A stretch of DNA of 64,000 nucleotides, from assembly GCF_009914755.1 (NCBI RefSeq), contig NC_060934.1; one strand, 5' to 3'. Each line of letters begins with the position of its first letter. Positions within the stretch are counted from its first letter, which is position 1. This document shows positions 53,816-64,000 of the stretch, one piece after another. Origin of the DNA: the human T2T-CHM13v2.0 reference genome, Homo sapiens. A program made the translations under genes and the position numbers. The notes beneath the pieces are model-generated. The model worked only from the letters and a program-made list of their open reading frames with translations. It had not been told where the DNA came from and did not search any database.

Positions 53816-55995
53816 CACCTACCCCACCCTGGAGTTGGGGGAAAACTGAAATAAACAGAGGATGTTCTTTTGTGGGCTCTCTGTTGTCACTGTGCTCATG
53901 TGATGATAGTCATGACAATGATACTATGGCAGACACTGTTGGTTCTTCCCCAGTTGCCATCCTTCCCCACTTTTGCTAACAGATCCCCTATTTGCTCAGA
54001 TATTAACCTCTGCCTCCTTCATGGGTCCCTCTAGTTCTGTAAACACGTGGACTTTATGCATTTGGAAGGATGCTCTGATTGGACCCATCAAACTGAATTA
54101 GCTCCTTACAGCCTATCTTGTTGGCAGTATTTCAAAGCTCAAGAATCTGCTAGGTTTTGGCGTCCACATGCTAAGCCCGAAGGGGACTTCAGCATTCTGC
54201 TTTGTCAGCCTGAAAGGAAGGAGTAAGTGATTCATCCACCAACTCAAAAAAATTAATAGATTTGGTGGCTTATGCTGGTGTAATTACTAACACTTACTAA
54301 CATCCCAACAATAGCATCACTGGTGAGTCTGTAGAGATGTGGTAGTCATCTCTCTGCTTCTCCTCTCCTTCTCCTCCCTCAAAACGACTAGTGGATGGGC
54401 ACATGTGAAAATGTTCTTATTATTCAAATTGAACTTAATAATTTAATTTTTAATATTTTTACATACTTTATTTATATAAAGTTCAAAAACAGACAAACCA
54501 ATATATGCTGTCAGAAGTGAGGAGAGAGGTTAGCTTTGGTGAGGAGGGAGGAGGCATGAGAGGGCTGCAGGGTGTTGGTAACACTGTCTTCTTGAGCTGG
54601 GTGCTGGTCACACAGGTGTGTTTATTTTATAATGTGTGTGTTTTGTGCACTTTTCTGTACCTATGTTGCATTTCAGTCATGTTTTAAAAATATATTTTGG
54701 TTTGCACTAATTCTAATGTCCTTTCTTCCAGTGCACTGTTTCCACATGAGTTCATCCTAAAACAATACTTCTTGGAAGGCTGGACTTGATAGAGAATTCA
54801 GTTAAGTAGTATTCGGTGGTTACCTAGGCTCCAACTATTAACTATTCCCCAGGATCAGGTTGGCCTCCCTGCCGCTCCAAGTCACTGCTTTCTAGGAGTT
54901 AACAGCTGCTTCCTAATTCACTTTTTTAAAAGTACTTTTTCCTAATTTTGTTTCTGGAAAGTGTTCTTACAAAAGAGGTCTATTTCGCATGAGAAGACCT
55001 GAGGCCTGCTTCCCCATGAGCTGAGCTCTGAATATGCAGCTTCTATCTTACATAACGCCCCCCACCCCATCACACCTGACTGCCTGGAGTTGAATTTATT
55101 AAACTGATCCTTTGCGTGAGCAGAGGCATCGCTTTCAAAACCGAGCAGTAAGCAAATGACTAACTGCTTTCCCATCTGCACACATTCTGCATCGGCTTTC
55201 AGGGGGGTTTACCTACTACGTCTAAAGTAGTTATGAATAATCAAAATATAGTTTTCAGAAGAACTGCTCATTACACATTACATCACATGACACTTCCATC
55301 TCAGTTCAAGAAAAAAAACAAAAACCAAAAAAACAAAACCTTAAGAAATGCATCTGCAGACAAATTTTCCTGATTGAGTGTCATTTTGTTCACCCTTGGC
55401 AGCCAGGACAGATAAAATGTTGGCATAATAAATTGCAATTTTTATCTAAAGTTTTCGATTCTCTTTGAAATTCTTAGTTGAAGATCAAAATGGACCAAAG
55501 TTTTCTCAGTTTTCCCACTGGGAACTGCTTTTGTGAAGAAAGCTTAATTGATTTGATAAACATTTTTTTCATTACTACAAGCTAAATTCTGTGGCTGGTT
55601 TAAATACATATATATAATTCAGAATGCTTCCAATTTATTAAGGGAGACAAAAATGTGAAAGTATCACTCTAAGACAAAGCCCATAGTGAAAAGTATTGAA
55701 ACAGAGGTACCGAGGTCAGGACTGGATTCCTGAAGGAAGTAACATTTATTCTTGAAGAATGGGTGGCATTTTAAAGGTGGAGATGGAGAAGAGGAAAGGT
55801 CATTCCAGGTAACAGGAACAATTTTAGGAAATGTAGAAGAGCAAAGGAGGACAGATGAGAGAAATATGAGAATGTATTAAACAATGTAGCCAGAAGTTTG
55901 GGTGGGAGATGATATTAGAAGTTAACACAGTGCTGGGAAGGAGACCAGAAGCCAGATGTTAGAGAGTTTGGGTTGAAGGTTTAAAAAGATTCCTG

Positions 55996-56251
55996 GGCCG
56001 GGTGTGGTGGCTGACACCTGTAATCCCAGCACTTTGGGAGGCTGAGGTGGGCAGATCACCTGAGGTCAGGAGTTTTAGATCAGCCTGGCCAACATGGCGA
56101 AAACCCGTCTCTACTAAAAGTACAAAAAATAGCCAGGTGTGGTGGTGGGCGCCTGTAATCCCAGCTACTCGAAGCTTCAACCTGGGCATTGGAGGTTGTA
56201 GTGAGTCCAGATCTCACCACTGCACTTCAGCTGGGCGACAGGAATGAGACT

Positions 56252-56254
<3 letters not shown>
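55996..56254 (+). mobile_element. AluS lacking its 3' tail, fused to the next Alu
   Basis: The dimer ends at gagactccg with no poly-A. Confidence 0.9.
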
Positions 56255-56568
<314 letters not shown>

Positions 56569-56574
56569 TCAGGC

Positions 56575-56576
56575 GT

Positions 56577-56612
<36 letters not shown>
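56575..56612. repeat. (TG)n microsatellite
   Basis: Near-perfect TG run. Confidence 0.93.
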
Positions 56613-56614
<2 letters not shown>

Positions 56615-56649
56615 AAACATACATAACATAAAGTTTACCATATTAATCA

Positions 56650-56944
<295 letters not shown>

Positions 56945-57899
56945 ATCAACCATTTTTAAGTGTACAATTCACTGGCATTAAGTACATTCACATGGTTGTG
57001 TCACCATCACTACCATCCACCTCCAGAACTTTGTCATCTTTCTCAACTGAAACTCCCCATTCTCTGCTTCCCAAGCCCCTGGCAACTACCTTTCCACTTT
57101 TTGTGACTGAATTTGACTACTCTAGATACTTCATATAGGTGTATATAAAATACAAACTTTGTCCCTTTATGGTTTATTTCACTCAACATAATGTCTTCAA
57201 AATTTATTCATGTTGTAGCATGCATCAGAATTGTTTCCTTTGTAAGACCTAATAATATCCAATTGTACGTATATGCCACAATTTGTTTACCCGTTTATAA
57301 CACTTGGGGTGTTTCTACTGCTTGGTGAATAATGCTGCCATAAGCATTGGTGTACAAATATCTGCTTGAGTCCCTGCTTTTACTTATTTTGGGTCTATAC
57401 CCAAAAGTGGAATTGCTGAATCGTATGGTAATTTTATGTTTAATCTTTTGAGGACTCATCAAATCATTTTCCACAGTGGCTGCACCATTTTACCTTCCCA
57501 CCAGCAATGTACAAGGGTTCCAGTTTCTCTGCATCTTCACTAACACTTGTTATTTTCTGGGTTTGTGTTTTTGTTTTGTTTTGTTTTGTTTTGTTTGGTA
57601 TTGTCATCCTAATGGGAGTGAAGTAGTGTCTTATTATGGTTTTGATTTGTATTTCCCTAATGAGTGATATTAAGCATCTTTTCATGTGCTTAGTAGCTAT
57701 GTGTATTTCTTTGGAGAAATGTTTATTCAAGCCCTTTGCCCAATTTTAATTAGGTTGTTTTATTGTTACTGAGTTGTAAGAGTTCTTTGCACGTTATGGA
57801 TATCAATCCCTATTAGGTATTGATTTGTAAATATTTCCTCCCATTCTATGGATTATCTTTTCACTCTGTTGATAGTGTCCTTTGATGCACAAACGTTTT

Positions 57900-58438
57900 T
57901 GTTTGGTTGGGGATTTTTTGCTTAGATTTGCCTTTTATGTATTTTTATTGACACATAGTATTTATATATATATTTTGAGGTACCTGTGATATTTTGTTAC
58001 ATGTATAGAGTGTGTAATGATGAAGTGAACATTTCAAGTCCTCTCTTCTAGCTATTTTGAAATACGCAATACATTATTGTTAACTATAGTCACCCTGTTC
58101 TACTATCAAACATTAGAACTTATTCCTTCTAACTGTATGTTAAGTAATCTCTCTTCATCTCTTCCCCCACCCACACACCCCTCACAGCCTCTGGTATCTA
58201 TTATTCTACTGTCTATCTCCATGAGATCAACTTTTTTAGCACCCACACATGAGTGAGAACATGCGATATTTGTCTTTCTGTTCCTGGCTTATTTTACTTA
58301 ACATAATGGCCTCTATTTCCATCCATGTTGCTGCAAATGACTTGATTTCATTCATTTTTATGGCTGAATAGTATTTCATTATGTATATAGACCACATTTT
58401 CTTTATTCATTCATTCGTTGATGGACAGCTGGGTTAAC
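57900..58438 (-). mobile_element. Nested L1 (L1MA-like) 3' end
   Basis: Flanked by tgatgcacaaacgtttt (57883-57899) and tgatgcacaagtgtttt (58439-58455). Confidence 0.8.
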
Positions 58439-58877
58439 TGATGCACAAGTGTTTTATTTTGATGAAATCTAACTTATCTATTTTTTCTTTTTTACCTATG
58501 CCTTTGGTGTCATATCTAAGAAGTCATTGCCAAATCCAGTGTCATGAAACTTTATGTTTCTTCTGAGAGCTATAGTTTTAGCTCTTACATTTAGGTCTTT
58601 GATCCACTTTGAGTTAATTCTTGTACACAGTGTAAGGCAAAGATCCAACTTTATTCTTTTGCATGTGGGCTATCCAGTTTTCCCAACATCATTTGTTGAA
58701 AATACTATCCTCTCCCTATTGGATGGCTTTGGCATCCTTGTTGAAAATAATTTCTCCGTATATGCAAGGGTTTATTTATGGACTCTGTATCCTATTCTAT
58801 TGGTCTATATGTCTGACTTTATGACAGTTCCACAGTTTTGATTACAGTAGCTTTGTAGTAAGTTTTGATTACTGTAG

Positions 58878-59432
<555 letters not shown>

Positions 59433-59974
59433 TGAACATGGACTGTCTTTCCATTTACTTGTATATTTTAAAGTGACATCTTATTTTTTTATTAACATTT
59501 TCATTCTATGTGTGTAACCTGTGACAAAGAGGGCTGTTAAATGCCACACAGAAGGCACATGATAAATGTATGTCGCTGAATCAAAAACAAACAAAAAGCA
59601 GAATGACAATTGCAATTGCACAAACTATGCTCACCAGAGCTAACAATTATAATATGCAGCTAGGCTTATCTAAGCAAGATTGTGAGATTGGTCATTCATT
59701 TCTTCTCCCCCTCCCTTCAGAAACTCTCACGCTTTTCACAATTCCCCCTTTGCTGTATCCATCTCAAGCCTCTCCTTAGGAATCCTTCCTCCTAGAAAAG
59801 AAAACTATGTTTTAAAACTCTAGTTCATGGAGTTGTAATAGAGTGAAATTCACAATTTTAAAATGCATGGTGCAGTAAGTTTTCACAACTGTTTACAGTC
59901 ATCTAATCTCAGAGCCAGGCTTTGGAAGTAGACTCAAGGGCAGCTTCGTCCATCACACATGAAAAAAGTTGGTT

Positions 59975-60550
59975 TGCCGTTTGATGGTTCCTCAAAAAAT
60001 TGAACAAAATTACCTTATCACTCAGCAATTCCACTTCTAGGTATGGACCCAAAAGAATTAAAAGCAGCAGCTCAGATATTTGTACACCAACGTTCATACC
60101 GGCATGACTCACAATAACAAAATGGGGGAAACAGCCCAAGTGTCTGTAGATTGATGAATGGATACATGTTATATACATATGATGGAGTATCATTCAGGCA
60201 CAAAAGAAATGAAGTCCTGGCACACACAACAACATGGATGAACCTCAAAGACATTATGTGAAGTTAAATAAGCCAGTCACAAAAGGACCAGTACTGTATG
60301 AGTCCACTTACATGAGGCACCTAGAATAGGCAAGTTCTAGAGACAGAAAGTAGAATGGAAGTCATCAGGGGCTGGGGAAGGGGACAATGCGGAGTTATTA
60401 TTTAATGGCCACAGAGTTTCAGTTTCCAGTGATGAAAAATTTTGAAAACAGATAGTGGTGATGGTTATACAACATTAGAAATGTACTTAATACCATTTAA
60501 CCATTCAGCATGGTTACAATGATAAATTTCATGTTATGTATATCGTATCG
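59975..60550 (+). mobile_element. L1 (L1MB-like) 3' end
   Basis: cagcaattccacttctaggtat...acatggatgaacctcaaagacattatg...agagacagaaagtagaatgg. Confidence 0.88.
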
Positions 60551-60896
60551 ATTTTCATATTTTTTTTCAAAAGTGGGTGGTCTTTACCATGAAGGAACAC
60601 AGACAACTTCAAATCCTCTGACTTAACATGGGACACACACACAATCATGAGAATAAATATAATATTGTAAAAATATAGAATAAGAACAGATCAAAGAACA
60701 CTGCAAGCTGGGAGAAGGCTGGAAAAAGAGAAAGAATCTGAAGGCAGGGCCACCAGATAAGAGGTACTGCAATGGTCTCAGAATGGCCTGAGCTGAGTAT
60801 CACAGAGGGAAAGGGAAGATGGTTCATGTACAGGAGGAAGAGTGAACTCATGGTATCAATTAATGTGGCACAAGGCAGAAGGAAGAGGGGAAAACG

Positions 60897-61113
60897 CAGG
60901 CCAGGACCACATCATGACTGTCGTGGGCCCTGGGCACTTTTCTTAGAGAATGTTTCCTCCCTAAAGTATATATATATATGTTTGTATTCTAGAGGAACAA
61001 CGTTTTTTTGTCCTGAAGGTACATTTTTTTCTTTTAATTTAAAAAGGAATCAAAACATTTCATGGGCCCCTAAATGGCACTGCCCCTCCTGAGACTGCAC
61101 TGGGCCAGTCCTG
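60897..61113. mobile_element. ORSL-like hAT-Tip100 relic
   Basis: cgtgggccctgggcacttt...aaaacatttcatgggcccctaaa, resembling the recalled ORSL consensus. Confidence 0.5.
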
Positions 61114-63340
61114 TGTGAGGAATAGATGGTCTCCTGCCAAGAATATTCATCCTCCTTCCCCTTCCCCTGCAGCCTCCCTGTCTCATTTATTGCTTGAGGT
61201 ATTGAGGACTTTGTTACTGCAGATATGTGATTGGGTGGCACAATGCTGTTGGGGACAGTAACTCAGTGTGGGGGTTAGGATCCAGGACTCCAGAATCAGA
61301 ACAATTTGGGCCTGAATCACAGCTCCCACTGCCTGGCTGTGTACATTGAGCATGTTACTTAACATTTCTGAGCCACAGTGTCTGTCAAATGAGTATGAGT
61401 TCCCAACATCCTAGAGGTTTTGTAAGAATTAAAAGTCGTAAGAGAACAACCAGCTCAGCATGGCGCCTGGTACATGGCTGGCAAGTGCAGGCAACTCCAT
61501 CACCTCTCCTGGCTTGGCACAAACAGACACAGTTGTTTGGAGTTTGTAGTGAGTGGGAGGAGGAAAGGCATGAAGATACCTGGAGAGGGGAAACAGAAGG
61601 GGCAGGAAGTCCAGAGAGTAATGGAAGGGACACGAACCGTTTGCAATTTTGCCAGGAGCAGGCCCAATTAGCCTACGATCTCCCACCACACTGCCTGGAG
61701 TGTTGCCTCTTCTAAGCACACAGAGGCTCCTGTCACCAGCTACAAATACCCTTGATATGCTCCCCTCTCCCAGAGCTGGGAAACAAACCAAAGGCATTCA
61801 AGGTTTCCAATTCGCTTTAGTTCTCGTTTCCCTGTGGCCTCCTTTTCTCCTTTCTCGCATCCATCCCCACTCCAGATTTGCCATTCCTCACACTCTCCTG
61901 CCTTTTGCCTCACGTGGTTTCTTTTGCCTGCAATGCCCTTTGGGAGAACTTCTGCTCATTCTAGAAGACCCAGCTCCAGTGTCTCCTCTGCAACTGCCTC
62001 TGCAAAATCAATCCCTCCCTCTCCTGGGTTTCCACTGCACCTGCGTTACTCTATTTATTACTCTTCCAGATAATCATTTGTTTACATCTCTCCCCAGCTG
62101 GAAGGTGAGCTCCAGAAGGGGAGGGGCTGCTGGACTCTCCCTCCTGGGCCACCCCCACCCCCACCTCACCCTGCCCCCACCCCAACCATTGCCCCACCTC
62201 CTGCACATGCTGGCAGCCCATGAATGAGGAAAGGGAGGTGTCTTCATTGTTTACTTGATTTTGGAATCGCTCTTCTCACACCTGTTCCAACAAAGGACTC
62301 TGATTTATGTGGCGAATTAAAGATTCAACACTTAACAAAGTTGCAGTGCGACATGAAGGGGCAAGAAACTAGAATTGCTTCCAAGACAGGAAAATAACAG
62401 GGGGATTAACTTGGTGATTACACCTGGGTCCCCAGGCAGCTATTTCTAAGGGAATGGGGTGGAGGGAGTCAGTGGTACCCCCAAAGGCTTGGGATTCAGC
62501 TATATAATCAGCACCCAATGGGTAAAAATTAGGGCAAGGGGCTGGATGGCTGCCTCCAGCATCTCCCCCACTCCCACATTTCTCCCTGACTCCCCCAGCC
62601 CCTCCCCAGACAGCACTGGGTCTCTTCTCTTCTTCCCTTTCAAGGTTATTCCCCTATTACTGATTTCTACTTAACCTTGACCTCACGCAGGTGGAAACTC
62701 TGGGATTAGGAATAATTTGTCCTAGTCTCTTGGAATGGCTCTGTCAATTGCTTTCTGGAATTGCTTTTTTTCTGGGGGTTGTGGGGAACAATCTGCCAGA
62801 CCCCCAGTGTCCACTTCAGTGGTGTGCTCTTAGCAGGGCAGGGCAGACTTCGGTGGTCCTGATTCATTCTGGATTACTCCTTCACCCCGTCTGACTCCTC
62901 CATCACCTGGAGCCTGTAGAGGCACTGTGTGCCTGAAACCTCTGGCCATCCCTACAGCTGCAGAAGAGTTGGGGTGTCTCCATTCTCAGAATTGCTGGGG
63001 CGACTGGCGAATGAAGATTGGCTTCTAGAGAACAGCCCTGAGGAGCATGGCGAGAAGCTGCTGTGGCCCTGTAGCCAAGGGTCCTGCTTCCTCCTGTGCA
63101 TCTGAGAGCTTATTGTGTATCAGGTGATCTGGGAGACACCTGGTTGTCATGACTGTACACTGCCCTGGAGCAGGCTGGAGCCCTGGAAGGTGGTGCACAG
63201 ACCGCATAAACCCTGGTTTCATTAGTTTTGTCCCTAAGGACCTATGTGTCCCTGCCATCCAGAGCATCTGTGGCCTTCTTCTAATTCTCATGGGCACCAC
63301 CCCGGCTCAAAGTCCTTGAAATGAAATACATGTCACCCAG

Positions 63341-63427
63341 GCTCTTGCAAGAATCTCCTCTTTTCCTCACTTACTTTTGCAACAATCTCCTCACTTGCTC
63401 TTGCAAGAATCTCCTCCCTTCCTCACT
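63341..63427. repeat. Degenerate short minisatellite (gctcttgcaagaatctcctc-like units)
   Basis: A 20-mer repeats exactly at 63341 and 63397, with a diverged copy between them. Confidence 0.75.
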
Positions 63428-63698
63428 GTACTTTCTGTACAGTGCTGCTGAAGAAATGTCCTAAAGTACACGCCACAGCTATCCATTTACTGCAGTTTAA
63501 TAACAAACTAATCTAGGTGATAGGAATCAGAAGAGCGGTACTTGTGCATATGGTGACTATTGCCTTGGATGGAGCATGAGGGAGCCTTCTGGGGTATTTG
63601 AAATGCTCTGTGTTTTGATCTCACTGAGCTGCATATTATTACTTATGTTACATTTATAAAAATTCATTGAGTCTTCCACTTGAGATTTGTGTGCTTTG

Positions 63699-64000
<302 letters not shown>

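Noticed and set aside
61649-62227. 192-aa ORF
   Set aside because: Apparently overlaps degenerate L2 and C-rich sequence; no recognisable domain or exon structure

Overview
Primate (almost certainly human) genomic DNA. The window starts at the first coding exon of EGR2/KROX20 on the minus strand: ATG at 171, splice donor at 2-1, peptide [56 protein letters not shown]. Next come the 5'UTR, an immediate-early promoter (TATA-like box, CRE-like site, two CArG boxes, octamer, kappaB and ETS sites) and a ~3 kb CpG island. The remaining ~60 kb is gene-poor upstream sequence rich in Alu, L1, L2, MIR, CR1, ERVL/MaLR LTRs and hAT DNA-transposon relics. No other intact protein-coding gene is supported; the long ORFs in the track come from GC richness, Alus, L1s or simple repeats. 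The most notable observations are: (1) a near-full-length, frameshifted fossil hAT (Blackjack-like) transposase at ~40.1-41.9 kb; (2) a candidate distal enhancer at ~29.6 kb with a perfect 14-bp double-SOX palindrome beside an EGR-type site; (3) a kappaB site overlapping a CArG box in the promoter; (4) a 15/16-nt duplication of the start-codon context at the 5' end of the 5'UTR, opening a UUG-initiated 43-codon uORF; (5) a perfect 47-bp tandem duplication and several Alu rearrangements. Repeat subfamily names come from recalled consensus sequences, not a RepeatMasker run, and boundaries of old repeats are approximate. I found no evidence for a wholly new biological system.
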